From Eledone cirrhosa (taxonomy: Eukaryota): a DNA stretch of 64,000 nucleotides. Location of the stretch: contig OZ024742.1 of the NCBI GenBank assembly GCA_964016885.1, positions 174,778,001 to 174,842,000 of the forward strand, read 5' to 3'. The position numbers and the translations under genes are program-made. The notes below the pieces were generated by a model, which saw only the letters and a list, made by a program, of their open reading frames with translations, ran no database searches and was not told where the DNA came from. Positions 13,462 to 27,300 of the stretch are shown in pieces (position 1 is the stretch's first letter; each line of letters opens with the position of its first letter).

Positions 13462-14229
13462 CGATTTTATGAAGCCTGAAAGGATAAAAATTCAAACTGA
13501 TCTTGGCATTATTTGAACTTGATATGCAAAGAGCTGGAACAAAGCCAGAAGGTATTTTGAAAGGATGAAATGTAGCACTGACATCAGTAGGATTTGAACT
13601 TGGAATGTATGCTAACAACTCTGCCACCTCACCTTCTTATGTCTACCATTGATATACACTGATAGTCACCTATAGTTGATAATTCACTACTTCCCATACC
13701 CCCTGTTTGTCATAATCACCATTATTATGTATGGTAACTAAAATCTAGCAAAACATCAAGACAAAGTTTTTAAATCTTGGTACAAAAGAGCCTTTGGCGA
13801 ATAAAGTGTATAAAATGTAACTATGTATTATAAATGAAAACTTTAAATAAACATTAATTCTTAATACCCTCAACTGCATGAAATCGCATTAGCAAGACAT
13901 TCTTGAAAAGTACCAATGAGTACTATGACTGCATTGCATTAACATTTGTAGCCTTTTTTCCAATGTTTGCGATGATTTGCCTATTAGTAAAGATGCTACA
14001 AAGATTTGAATTAGCAATTCACATGAAACGACATTTGCAAAACATGCTTCCAAAGCACAAGACAGCATTATGATTGCATTAAATTAAAAAGTAACCCTTA
14101 TTCTAATTCTCAAAATGTTCATGTCAATATGTCCACAAGTACTAAAACCATTTGAATTAACAAATTAATTTTTAGATACCCCCCCCCCCCCCAACTCACA
14201 ACAGGATGTTAAAGTTAATTGATAACTCT

Positions 14230-14580
14230 GCCATCTCATGTCCTTTGCAAAACATTAGATGGTTGATGCCTCATATTTCAAGTAGACAGAATTGTGTATG
14301 TGTTACACTAGAGGATATCATGGGAGAAAACCCTGTCCGACTTGTGGGGCTCTTTCTTGCAGTTCTATGTGAGTTTAGAGTGGCTATGTTGATTACAGTT
14401 GGCACAACATGAAATAATAGGAGAAAAGATTAGTGTGTTGGGAGTGGCTGTGGAAGGAGGAATAAGTGATTTAGGAGTGGTTGAGTAGAGATGGCATGAT
14501 ACCAGCAGGTTTTGAGGAACAGAAGCCATTGTATAAATGAGAGACAAGGCAGGGGAAGGTGACATCCATGAACCAGAAGT
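14230..14580 (-). mobile_element. CR1/Jockey-type LINE 3' remnant
   Basis: SPALSLIY/YNGFCSSKPAGIMP resembles SLSLFYRYYNG.CSSEL; related copy at ~35050-35400. Confidence 0.55.
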
Positions 14581-15892
14581 TAGTGTTAGTGTGTGATTGT
14601 AACCCTTTTGATACCAAACTACCTGAAATCAGCTCTGGTTTTACAATTTATAAATAAACACTATTTATTTTAATGTGGTTATCATCATCATCAGAGATTA
14701 ATTTTTATTTTACATGCTTTCATAAGTTAGATGGGTTGCCACATACTAAAATTTGACTGATCAAGTGATCACATCTTGCTCATACGCTCCATTTGGGGTT
14801 TGGTTTCTATGGATGGATGCACATTCTAATGCTAATCGTTTTACAGCATGTACTGGGAGCATATTTTTATGACACCAACACTACCACATTACAGAGTGGT
14901 GAGGATGCAAAAATAAAAATAAAAACTTCCATCATAATTTCATGTGAGAAATTTGTTAAACACCAGGTTAGTGATAATAAATTACTATACTAAATCCCTC
15001 CCTATTCCCCAAATCTTGATTATTTTCAAAATTATTTGAAAATCATATACAGTGTGTTTCATTAGAAGCAAGGGAAGGAAATAATAAAATTAGTAGCTGA
15101 TTCTAGTTATTTCATTAGTATATTTAAAAAATTGAGATAGTTTTATGGAAATATTATTTGTTTTTTACCTCTTAACATTCTGTAGTAATCTAGCAGAAAA
15201 TATCTAAAAATAAGCATATTAATTCAAATCTTAATGGTATTTTTACTCAGTCAGATCAATGTGAAAGACTTTAATTTTGAATATGATGTAGTGGTGTTTT
15301 GTATTTTTCAAGAATATCTTGTGAATACAGTTTCATGGGGTGTGTTAATTCAAATATTTTATTATTTGTCTAGTAGACAAATTGTTATGAAATTTTACTA
15401 TATTAGTGATGACTGATTTTTAATATGCTGTTTTGTACTTTCCAAAAATGCCTTCTTAATGCTCTTTTGCGTGGTTCAGGATGATAAAATTTAATCAATA
15501 TTATCATTGTTTAAGAAACCAAAAGAAAAAATATTTCTCTAATTAACTTTATTATTATAAATTTTAAAATATATATATATATATAACATATTTTGATAAG
15601 ATAAATGTAATCTTTGTGTTGAATGAATTTCGTATCACTGAAAATATTTTAGTAATAAGGATGAGGAATTTCATCTTTCATATATTTTACTTCCTGTACT
15701 ACCAATGAAGACAATATTCCAATATTAAATGAGATTAAATTCTTTAGAAACATCTTTTTTTGTTCGTGTTTATATCTCTGTCATTCAACATTAAATTGTC
15801 TTAGACTAAACTGGATTAAAGGTTTTGAAAAAGTAAGCCCCAAAATAATTTAGCATTCACTTTTTCATTGTGAGGAATAAATTTCTTTGTGT

Positions 15893-16457
15893 AAGTGCAG
15901 GGCAATAAAGATAGACGGTAGCCACGGAATAGGCAGACCCAGAAAAACCTGGGACGAGCTGATAAATTCCGACCTCACACACTTACACCTCACCAAGACA
16001 ATGTCACTGGACCGAGACCTTTGGCGGTACTCAGTAATAGAGAAGACCCGCCTTACCTAAATACAAAGTAAAACCTACTACAGTCAGTAGGCATCTCTAA
16101 CAAAATACACCCCCGTCCCACCACCCCCACCCCATCCACACCACCCCTTTCAATGTAAAGTTATGTTGGTGCCACAACATCCAGGCCGAAACAAATGAGA
16201 TTGTGTAGGTGTCACGTAAAAAAAAACACACAGTCCACGCTGTAATGTGGCCGTGTAGGCCACACAGTAAAAACCTCCCAGCCCCAAACTGTAAATGTGA
16301 TTGGTGTTAGGAAGGGCATCCAGCTGTAGAACACCCGCCAGATAGTCCTATGCGAGCAAGATAACCACTCTTGCCTCAAGTGGGAAAACCCCCCGTCCAA
16401 ACCCATGCAAGCATGGAACACGGACGTTAAATGATGATGATGATGATGATGATGATT
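15893..16457 (+). mobile_element. Young 5'-truncated RTE LINE
   Basis: KCRAIKIDGSHGIGRPRKTWDELINSDL; highly similar to 53165-53701; (GAT)n tail. Confidence 0.9.
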
Positions 16458-17859
16458 CAATACTTAAGAAATTAACTGTTACTTTTCAATAACATACTGT
16501 TCTTCTGCATATGATAATGGATTGTTCATATGCAGAAAGAAAATATTTTTAATGTGCTATTTCATTTTACAAATAAATTTCTTTTAAGATTAATTAGATG
16601 GTAAATATAAAATGTATTCAAGAGTGAAAATATTTCTTGAAAGTATATTGTTTCACTTATATTATGTATATATTGGGTGTTGTGTTCATAATTTTGGCAT
16701 AGTTTTTTGGCTGGAGGCATGGATTTGGTGCATTCTCAATTCCAATTCTGCTGAAGTCAACACTGCCTTTCATACGTTAGGGTCAATAAATTACAAGTCA
16801 ATGGTGGTAGACTGGTGGAAATGATCATGTTGGATTAGTTGTTCTGTGGTAAATGTTATTGTTCTATACATTCTGAGTTCACATCCCAGCATCTGTCACC
16901 AGAAAACATGTGACAAAGTTGGATTGAAGCGCTTGTCATTAAAATTAACTCCTAAACAGCCCTTGTGATATGCAACCACATAGGAGGTTGGCTAAACCTG
17001 TACAGGTTTGAGGTGTAATATCAAAAACAAGCATTGTGGATGATAAATTGACAACCCCATGTCCTCAAATTTACAGATCATTATGGAAATAAAACTGACA
17101 TTGAATTTGCCTTTCATATTTTTAGGGTTAATGGCTCTTAAAATTCTGTGCTGCATAAAACCACATTAACAAGACATTCTTGAAAATTACAAAACACCAC
17201 TGAGACTGCATCATTAAAAAATAATTTGTGCTGTTGCTTCAGGTTATTGCCATTTGCCTGATCATGATCAGTTTACAGGGCCCATCACGAGGTAGTTGAC
17301 ATACTGACTACTCAAATCTCCACCCACCTGAGAGCGTTGATCTCACACACCCTAATCCGATTACCGTGACTGGTTACAGTGACTGAGGGATGTCATGTTT
17401 TGCAGTCTCTTAAGCAAGAAGATGAAAAAATTATCTTTAATTATCAGAAGAGTACTATGAACGTATAAACATTTGAAATAGCAAACCAGTTTTTCTGTTA
17501 AATCATTGCATGTAATTAAGAATTACAGAAAGTACCTATCATATACTGGGAATAGTCTATCAACTATAATTTACTAACCAAAATTAATAGCTTTGTGTCT
17601 GAGAAATCTTCATCCATATTGACAATATGCTGGGAAGTTTGTAGAGAGCAGAGAATTATAAATGATTTAGCGAAACTAATTATCTTCTGCATTCAAAGTT
17701 TAAAATACTCATGGGACTGAGAAGAAATAAATGACAAAGTAATACATTTGGATCAATTAGATTAAATTAAAATTCCCCTCGGTCATGGACCATCGGCCTT
17801 GTGTTTAAACAGGAAATTATTATTATTATCAATAATAAAAAAAATCATTATTATCATTA

Positions 17860-18045
17860 TCAGTAGAGCATTGGAAAACATGCTTTGCAGCATATAGTTA
17901 CATCACTTTACGTTCTGAGTTCAAATCCTGCTACAGTTAGCTTTGCCTTTCATCCTTCTGGAGTCGATAAAATAAATCAAATTTCCCATTTCCTTAGTGC
18001 TGGGCTTGTGCAAATGTTAGAAATCATTGTTATTATTGTTATTGG
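17860..18045 (+). mobile_element. OR-type SINE with ATT tail adjoining a Dong insertion
   Basis: B box gagttcaaatcc, core gcctttcatccttctggagtcgataaa, tail attgttattattgttatt. Confidence 0.75.
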
Positions 18046-18049
18046 GTTT

Positions 18050-18745
18050 ATTCTTATTGTGCTCTGTATACCTTGGATGTGTACAGTATGGTTTTTAGTG
18101 TTGGTGTTTCTATTATAAGAGAGTACTCTTTGTAATGTGTGTGCAGTGCTATTTTTGTAGGCTGTATATATGTGAATCCTGGGGTTTTGTTTATGTATCT
18201 GTCTCTGTTTTTTTTTATAATTCCCAGTGTGCTTTTTATTATAGATATTGTTTCTGTTATCATGATTAACACTCAGGCAATTTCTATCTCTAGATCTTTA
18301 TATTTGGATAGTTTCTCAATTTCCTTTGAAGATAAATTGTTATCTGTGGATGACATCAATTAGAAGGCATTTTTTCTTTGTGGTCTTTGACTATAATATC
18401 TGGCTGGTTAACTTTGACTTTTCTGGCAAATGCCACAATATTGTTGATTTCTCATTCTCTGACACCGTTTCTTGTGTGTGTCAGTATTACCATTTTTTCT
18501 GTTAGTATTTTGTAGTGTTGACATAACTTCCAGTGTATGTAAATCCCAACTCTCTCATGTCTGTGAATATATTTTGGCTGAGAAATAATGTGATTAATTG
18601 TTTCTTCCTCAGTTCCACATATTCTAATCTTATGATGTTCTGCTTCATTATATACTTCTGGTGGTTTCTGGTGGGTAATCCTTGATTTTGTGCTGCAATT
18701 AAACATCCTTCAGACTTGGCTTTTACTCCAGTGCTTCATAGCCAG
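18050..18745 (-). mobile_element. Dong/R4-clade non-LTR retrotransposon 3' end, copy 1
   Basis: RICGTEEETINHII...YIHRHERVGIYIHWKLCQHY...NQPDIIVKDHKEK...EKLSKYKDLEIEI (Zn knuckle + PD-D/ExK RLE). Confidence 0.88.
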
Positions 18746-18779
18746 TTTATTATTATTATTTCCATTATTGTTATTGCAT

Positions 18780-19330
18780 ATCACTACTGCTTTACCAAGC
18801 ACAGCTCTGTGCACCTTGGGTATGAGCAGTGTAGGTTTTGCTGATATTGTTTCTATTGTATTGATAGTACTTTTCGTAATATGTGTGCAGTGCCTAGTAG
18901 TGCTATCTTTTGTATGCTGTATATATATTTGTAAGTCGTGGGGTTTTGGCTATGTATTTGTCTGTGTGTTTTTCATCATTTCTAGAGCACCTATTATTAT
19001 AGGTATTGTTTCTGTTTTTATTTTCCACATTCGAGTTATTTCTATCTCTAGAACTTTATATTTGGAGAGTTTCTCTATTTCATTGGAAGATATATTGTCA
19101 TCTGTAAGGATAGATTAGAAGGAATTGGTTTTCTTTGTGGTCTTTGACTATAATATCTGGTTGGTTGGCCTCGATCTCTGTCTGTATGCATTGACTATCC
19201 CAGAGAATAGTTGCTTTGTTATTCTCTGACACTTTTCCTTGTGTGTGTTTGTACCATCTTTTTTCTGCTGGTATTTCATAATGCTGGTATAATTTCCAGT
19301 GTATGATGGTCCCAACTCTGTCATGCCTTT
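18780..19330 (-). mobile_element. Dong/R4-clade 3' end, copy 2
   Basis: RHDRVGTIIHWKLYQHY...ILWD...NQPDIIVKDH...EKLSKYKVLEIEITRMW...PIIIGAL...QKIALLGTAHILRKVL; followed by (AAT)n on the element strand. Confidence 0.9.
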
Positions 19331-19503
19331 AACGTCTGAACTCTGTCATGCCTTTTAAGTCCGAACTCTGACATGTCTTTAAGGTCAGAACTCTGTCATG
19401 CCTTTAAGGCGCCAACTCTGTCATACCTTTAAGATTTCAACTCTATCATGTCTTTAAGGTTTCAACTCTATCATGTCTTTAAGGTCGCAACTCTGTCATG
19501 CCT
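19312..19503. repeat. 25-bp tandem array, ~8 units
   Basis: Unit aactctgtcatgcctttaaggtcgc. Confidence 0.92.
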
Positions 19504-19519
19504 ATTGCTATTATTATTA

Positions 19520-19840
19520 GGGTGGTGACATCGTACACACTGCTTCGTGGCATAGTTACAGCCCTTTACATTCTGAGTTCAAAAACTACCAAGGTTAGCT
19601 TTGCTTTTGATCTTTACGGGATTGATAAATTAAAGTACCATTCATGCACTGGGGTTGGTTTAATCGACATAATTGCTGGCTTTGTGCCTATATCAGAAAC
19701 CATTATTAATATTATTAGTGGTAGGTTGGTAGAGCGTTGAACAAAATATTTTGTGGCATATAGTTACATATCTTTATATTTTGAGTTCATATTTTGCCAC
19801 AGTCAACTTTGCCTTTCAGCCTTCCGGGTTCAATAAAACT
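19520..19840 (+). mobile_element. Two tandem OR-type SINEs
   Basis: Two B-box/core units separated by an attattaatattatt tail. Confidence 0.75.
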
Positions 19841-21034
19841 CAGCATCCAATTCCTCCTCAGCACATGACCCAACCATTTCTCTTCTCAACATGTATTGCA
19901 ACTCTATTTCCATCATCGTCTGGAATTTATTGTTTGCTTTCCTCTATCACAGTGCTACTTTACTTATCCACCAGACCATTCTAATTTCTGGTGCGTATGT
20001 GCGGGTGGCGTGGGGGTATACAGTTCAGCCATCTTTGGTCATCATCTTCATGGTGATCATTCATGTTCTACTCTCATAAATCATGGCATGTTTCCCCACA
20101 TGCTGCTTTCTTTCAGTCTCACCTAACATTTTGCAATGTATAATAAGAAATAATAATGAAAACATTGAGATATTATAGAATTCCATTCATCCTCTCAGCA
20201 GATGATTTCATATAATATGTAATATGAAAAATGCCTCCTGTGACATATAAAATAATTGGAAATTTTCCTTGAGAATAAGGAGATATATTATACTGGCTCA
20301 TTATACTGGCTCATTTCAACACACAGCTGTGTTCCTTCATTAATTCAGCCATGAACAATTGAATATGCAATATTAAAAATATTGCATATTCTTTTTTTTT
20401 TGTTTATTTTTCATTGGCATAGAGCAGGTAGAATACAAAAATGATGTATGTTTTATCCAACACATACTCTTCTTAGCCAGGATTTGTTAATATTTCATGT
20501 ATTGCAACCACTTGTTGGTATAGCCTTACAACCCCTTGTTGGTATAGCCTTAAAACAGTAGCTAAAAGAATCAACATCATAACGTCCAGGTGGTACCTAC
20601 CTGTAGCTGATCTTCATTCTGTGATTACATCCATCTATTTTAAAGTGTTCATAATTATATTGCAATTCTCCATCATAACATTCTTTTGTTTTTGTTTTAA
20701 AGTATTCGCTTCATAATTATTTCTACTTTTGACAATCGACCTGGTAAGGGGGAAAGGCAAAGGAAAAGCTAAGGTTTTCTTTTGAATTGAGGAACTGTTT
20801 TTGTTATCTCTTCACATGTTTTTTCTAGGTGCTATTTTCAAGCATCTGTTTTGTTTTAACTCTTTATATACTCTGTAATAATTTAGACAAGACTTTTGAA
20901 AAAATGGTTTTATCAATTCAAATGTCTGTAGCATCATTACTTGTTGACAGTGTTGCACAAATTTGCAATAAATTAAACACCTTAATTTTTAATATGATGC
21001 AGTGCTGGTGTTGTTTTATACATTTCAAGAAAGC

Positions 21035-21472
21035 CTTGCTAATAAAGATTTCTACTATAGCCACAAGGCAAGAAATGTTGAGGGAGGAGAAAGTTCAATT
21101 AAATCGACCCTAGTGCATTACATGTGCTTTATTTTATCAAACCCTTAAAGATGAAAGGCAAAGCTAACCTCGATGGGATTTTGAACTCATAACCTAAAGG
21201 GCCGTATCTTTAGGTTACACAGCAGGTTGTCTGACACTCTACCGATTCTGCCAATCCACCCACTTGCTAATAATTGTTTCTATTTTTTGGCACAAGGGCA
21301 GCAATTATCTGAGTGCATTACTGGTACTTTATTTTATCGAACACGTAAGGATGAAAAGCAAAGTTAACTTCGGCGGGATTTGAACTCAGAACGTAAAGGG
21401 CCGTACCTCTATGCTACACAACATGTTGTGCGACACTCTACCAATTCTGCTAATCCACTATCTTGCTAATAA
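21035..21472 (-). mobile_element. Two tandem OR-type SINEs with a triplicated 11-bp target site
   Basis: cttgctaataa at 21035, 21263 and 21462. Confidence 0.85.
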
Positions 21473-22855
21473 TACAGTTTCATGTGGTACAGTTTCATTT
21501 GTACATGATTTCTATCTTGAGGAGGCAACTTGTATGAACCAGTTAAACAATATATTAACCTGAGTTCTTTAGTCTCAAGACTGTCAATTGAAGTATCACT
21601 TCTCGCCATCATCATAATCATCATTTTACATCTGCTGTCTATGTTGGCACGGTTTGGATGGGTCACTACTGTCTAATGAGTTATAGACATTAACTGTAAT
21701 CATTATAATTTGTTCATTCTTCTGAAATGACCAGATGGATCATTACAAATCAAGTCAGTACTTAATCACAGCCACTGTCCTTGTAGATGTGCCTATGACC
21801 ATGTGTCATTTACGTACATTCTAGTTTTGGCTTGTTTTCTACAGTTGGATACCCTTTTGAAAAAAACCACTTTTGAAAATAACCACTTTACAGAGAGTAC
21901 TGGGTTTATTTTATCATGATATCAGTACTGTTGAACTTGTCGCATCTTTTAAAAAACTGAAGAGTCCAACCTACCGTTTGTAAGCATGAGTGTGTTTATT
22001 TACCACAAAAATAAGTGGTATAATATATCGTGGGGTGTTTGGATAGAGAGAATAGCTTGAAGTTTAGCAGTGGCATCCTTAGGGATGGATGGTACATTGG
22101 TTCTTACCTGTCTCTCACTTTTGGTTGAGAGACCTTTATCAGCCAAACCCTGGTAACTGCTTTTGATGGCATTCTAAACTTAGTGGGATACTGGATTTTT
22201 AGGGAAGCAGTTCTAAGGCCCCCTGAAATGCTTTAATAAACATTTATTCATGAAATAACATGCTGGATCAGTTGAGAGCTGAAAAGCCAAAGTCCCTGCT
22301 CACCACTGCTGTTTCCCAGGGTTGAGGTTATCAATGTGCTGCTTAGATAACAACATTGTTGACATATTGACACTTACATTGACAGCCATCATCCTTAAAA
22401 AAAAAGTATGGCCTGGTGTCAGGAAGATCATCTGAATATATGCCATAAAAAAACTGTCTCAAAAACGTTTGTCTAACCCATGTCTACACTGTAAAGGTGT
22501 TAAAATGCTGATGGTGGCACACTGTCTTTCACATTGATTTTGTTCCTCAAATTTCAGAGCATATTTGTAAAATGTCAAAATAATTTTGCCATTTCCTGTC
22601 TTAAAATACATTTAGTCTAAACTTTATAGAATATTTTGTAAATATAAACATTTCATTTCTTGTTGGGGTGGGAGGAGATGGAACTAAAACGTGTCAGAAA
22701 ATTTTGATTTTGATAAAATTAGAAGTCTAAATTGGAAAATTGTGTACATGCAAAATTAAGAAAATTAAAAATAAAATGTGTTAAAAAGTATACAAACTTG
22801 TATACACACATACTTTTTCCTCTGCACCAACTCACAAAGTCTCTTTCCCCTTCTT

Positions 22856-23232
22856 ACACACACACACACACACGCACATGCACACACACACACACACATA
22901 TATTCTAACATTCCATTACATACACTTTTGTTTATTTTAGTGTTTATATATATATATAGATGTCTAAGTGTTTAAGTATGTGTGTGTGGATGTACACATG
23001 CAAACCCACTTTTGCAACATATTCAGTATGCATACATATGTGAATATAAATAATATAAGTATTGAATATATATATATATATAGATGTATAGATGTATAGG
23101 TGTATATATAGGTGTATAGGTGTATATATAGATGTATAGGTGTATATGTATGTATGTATAGATGTATATGTATGTATGTATAGATGTATATATATATATA
23201 TATATGCATGTATGTATATGTATGTATATATA
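22856..23232. repeat. (CA)n and AT/GT-rich low-complexity tract
   Basis: Direct reading. Confidence 0.9.
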
Positions 23233-24453
23233 TCCTTTCATTTTGGATAGAAATCATTTATATGCATATGTTCTTGGAAGTAATATATATACACACAAAC
23301 GCATATGCAAATAAATGTATATTCCATTTGACAACATATTTCAGCTTTTATTGACTATAAATATTGACTATTTCAAGAATATTAGCAAGATTATATGTAA
23401 TTGAAATAACTTTAAACATTTTATGCTATTTTATTCTCATTTTATAGAAATTCTTTAAAATATTTTTTTTTATATATCAAGCAAAATATTCTAACCAGAT
23501 ACTATAGTTTCATTTACCATGTCTACAATGTACATTAAAATGATTTGCAATGCAAACTGAATGAATGAACATTCAATGATTTAAGTTCACCATTTTAACT
23601 TGGTATAGATTTAATGAAGGGAAACTTATTTTAGAAGAGGAATATTTAGTAAATACAAAAGACTAGACTTAATAAAAAAATGTATTTATTTATACCATGA
23701 GCTAGCAAAATAAACAGCAAATTTCTTAAAATGTGTTTGAAGAAAAAAATGAGATGATGACAACTTTAATGCCTCCATTGATCTTAGAACTGGTCTATTC
23801 AAGCAACATTGACCTAGCAACAACAAGCCTGAGAAATTATTTATGATTGCAGTTATATAGGAAGCAACTTGAGTTGTTATGGCAGAGGCCTCAAACGCAA
23901 GGCCTCAAAGTGACAAGTTTTAGGGATGTTAGATGGGGGCGGGGCATGATTTCCACCCGTAATAATGCTAATCTGCAATACAGCTTGTAGACTACCATTT
24001 ATACTTCATCAAAATGAATACACAAAGGATAGTGCGTGGGATATCTGAATTACTACAAATGTAGAGAGACAACTTTTCCAATTCAATTGTTCTTTAATTC
24101 CAATTTTTATTTTGAAAAATGCTATTTTCTTTCAATTTTATTATAGTATATGGGTAAATTGTAATAATTTGTACTATACATATCATTAAAATGCAGACAA
24201 ATTACTAAAGTTGTTGGAATATATTTGTCATGAAAATTGTTCTGCCATTAGAGTATTAAATTTGAATGCTTTGGTACATATTCCAGCTATCCATGCTCTA
24301 ATTTCAAATGCCACTGAGGTTAACTTTCAGTTACTTGAGCTTGATAAATAAAATAGCAATCGAGGACTGGTGGATTGCTGGAATTGCTTTTTTCTTTGAC
24401 TGGTTTTGTGCGACACTGGAAGAATAGTAATGCTTCTGTCATGGGTTTCATGT

Positions 24454-27300
24454 TGTGATGGAAAGCATAACCTCACCTACTTCCTTTGTCCCCTCCTACC
24501 ATTGATATTGTCCCAATGAGATAAACCCACAGGATCTCTACATACCTAATCTCTGGCCAGAAATCTAGGACATATCTCTAAGCTCAAACTGCACTTACAT
24601 CTGATCAACAAAACATTCCAAAGAGAAAGATACCCAAACCACCCATCCTTTCCCTTACGTGACATCACTCACTCACTCCCTCCTTCTGGAAAGGGTTCTA
24701 ATGACATCACTACGCCCTATGCTTCTGGAAACTTCCCCCTACCCAATATTGCTACCAGCAGATAGTACTAGTATAGAAATAATAATTAAAACAGTTTTCT
24801 TGGTCAGTTCTGATAATGGGCATTCATTTTGCTTATTCCTATATAGCCCTTTTATTATCTTATTTCTAATGAAAGATAACAGTTTCCTCTTATTGGCTCC
24901 TCCACCCTTACCATCTCCAAAATCTTTCACAGCATAGTCAAGTCATCATCTCTCACCCACTGTGTCTGCACAGCTGGCCCTGTCTGCTCATCTCTTGATG
25001 TGGCTACATGTGGTTCAGAGCCATCTTGCAATTGAATAGTGACCCACCATTTTGCGTCTGTTCATACTGCTGCCCAGATCAGGATTTCATTATCTCTCTG
25101 AAATACAAATACACCTCACTTGAGCTCTACTGTAGTTTCACAGCCAATCCAAAACCCTTTTGGTAGCCTATGAACTGTGTTGCCAACACCATGGTTTCAT
25201 CCACTAAGACACTACAATATCATCTTTGTATGAGTTGGATTGCCCGTTTCATTTTGTCCACCTTTGCCAGAATGGCCTTGTGAACCATTGCCATGATCAT
25301 TGGTGCTGAATTCAACCCAAATACCAGCCTGGTCAAACCTTATACCTTACCAGCTGATAATTCTACAGTTTCTCAGCCACATGTAGTTGCAGATATGCTG
25401 AATTCAAGTTGAAAATTGTGGAAGCACCTGTCATCTCTCTCCACTCTCACAAGATTTCCTCCTAGATATCTGTAATCTTGGTACTCATTCGGCATGGTAC
25501 ATAGCAGATCAGCTCTTGAAAGTCCAGTACTGGCCTCTCCTTGATTTTCATTGGCCACACCACTGCCATTAGCAGCAACACTCAGCACTTCATCTCCTCC
25601 TTCCAAGAGATTCCACTTCTCCCTTGGATTCATTCCAGGTATCCCCTTTGAAGGTATTTTGATAGTAGCTGTTTATTTCTCAACATCGGGAGCTCTCGCT
25701 TAGAGTACCACTTAATTATTCACTACTCACCATCGAACACATCCTGGAAGTTTTTGTCTTCAATGGTATATGCAGCGCATTTTTCTTCAGGTCTCGCCTC
25801 ACTCTCCTGTTGTACACACAGTGCATACTGCCCCAAACCTCAAACGTAACCCTGTTCGCACTAATGGTAACACCTTGTAAATGGTCAATAACATCCATGC
25901 TCATTAGCACACCAACTCCATCCAGTACATTGTCGATTTCAATAACTCACAACTTTATTCTCATTACCTCCACTTCACAACTACCTCAACATCTAATGTC
26001 TCTGCCATCAACTGCCCTTACAATACTCATACAGCTCTACTTTTGAACAACTGCTGGGGTTAGTAAGGTTGTTATGCAATCCATATCCACCAGGGTTCTT
26101 GATAACTACCCACCACCAGAACCTTCAATATGGTCAGCAACTGCATGAGTGTCACTACCTGCTTGCAGGGGTAGCTTCCAGCACAGTAGCTCCTCTTTGA
26201 CACATTCTTTTCCACAATTGGAGGTGATATAAATTGCCTACTTACACAGGTAGCAAATTAGTTCAGTATTCACCTCCTCTCAGTCCTTACTAAGTGTGGT
26301 CTTTGACACTTAAATGATCAGGGCCACTCCATAGAGGCCCATCTCGTCTCTCCTCATCATTTGTTAATTGCCCCTAGTGCCATAGGCTTCTGTAGCTCCA
26401 CAGCATTCTGCCTGGTGTTTAGCAACAACACATGGGCTCAAGGGATTAGTCTATCCATGGTCATTGTTTCAGTAGCTGGTAACTGTTACAGCCTCACTGA
26501 TATTTCAATAAGGTAGCCATTCTTGAACGCCAGTCTCACTGCCTTTTTCAGGTGTTTTTTTTTTATATCGAGACAGTGTAACCAATCCCTGAATTTCTGT
26601 GGCATACACATCCATTTACTTTCCCTTCCACCTTGCCTTTCTGAGTTTTGCAAACACAGCTATGACCCATTAACACCTCTTAGCATACACTTGGTCCGGT
26701 TCATCTATTTTGAGGTAGAACGCCAATGTTTTCCCTCCAAGTGCAGATCCATGAGGCTCACCATATTTTCCGTGCCTTGCAGATTGGCCACCACCTTGAT
26801 TTATTTTTATTTATGTGATAACATCTCCCTCACCACAGATGGGTCTGATGGTATCACTGGCAGTCCTTATATTTTTCAACATGTCGTTTGCATGCCTGAA
26901 ATAAGAAAAGAGAAAGAAAAACAAAAAATACACACACAATGCCAAAATATCTTGTAAGGAAAATGCATATCCTCACCTCCCTCGATCGTCCCCTCCTACC
27001 ATCGATCTTGTCATTTAAACCCACATGAGCTCTACATGCCTAACCTCTGGTCAGAGACCTAAAACATATCCCCAAGTTCAAACTGCAGTTATGTCTGATC
27101 AACAAGGCAGGTCATAGAAAAAGAGACACACATTGCTGATTTCAGTGATGTCACTGATCCCTATACTTCTGAAAAGGTCCCCCAACCTGACATTGCAACC
27201 AGCCGATGGTTCTAGCTTCAAAAACTAATTGAAACATCGTTTTCTTGCTCAGCTCTGATAATGAGATTTCCTTTTCCCTTTATAGCCATTTTGTTACCAT
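24454..27300 (-). mobile_element. Degenerate, internally deleted Gypsy LTR retrotransposon
   Basis: Diverged direct repeats starting TGT at 24454 and 26953. Minus strand from ATG 26882: gag (KVVANLQ..LHLEGK; FAKLRKARWKG..DVYATEI), decayed Zn knuckle (CYLC), protease-like TLVDMDC, RT (SAYLQLHV; LTRLVFGLNSAP; SYKDDIVV; GHYSIARWL). No RNase H or integrase seen. Confidence 0.88.

Noticed and set aside
16501-16540. Short perfect hairpins here and at 20361-20391
   Set aside because: 12-14-bp arms, too short for a pre-miRNA; plausible local inversions in AT-rich DNA
19312-19503. CRISPR-like appearance of the 25-bp array (also the 33-bp and 27-bp arrays)
   Set aside because: Units are contiguous with no unique spacers, there are no cas genes, and the context is eukaryotic
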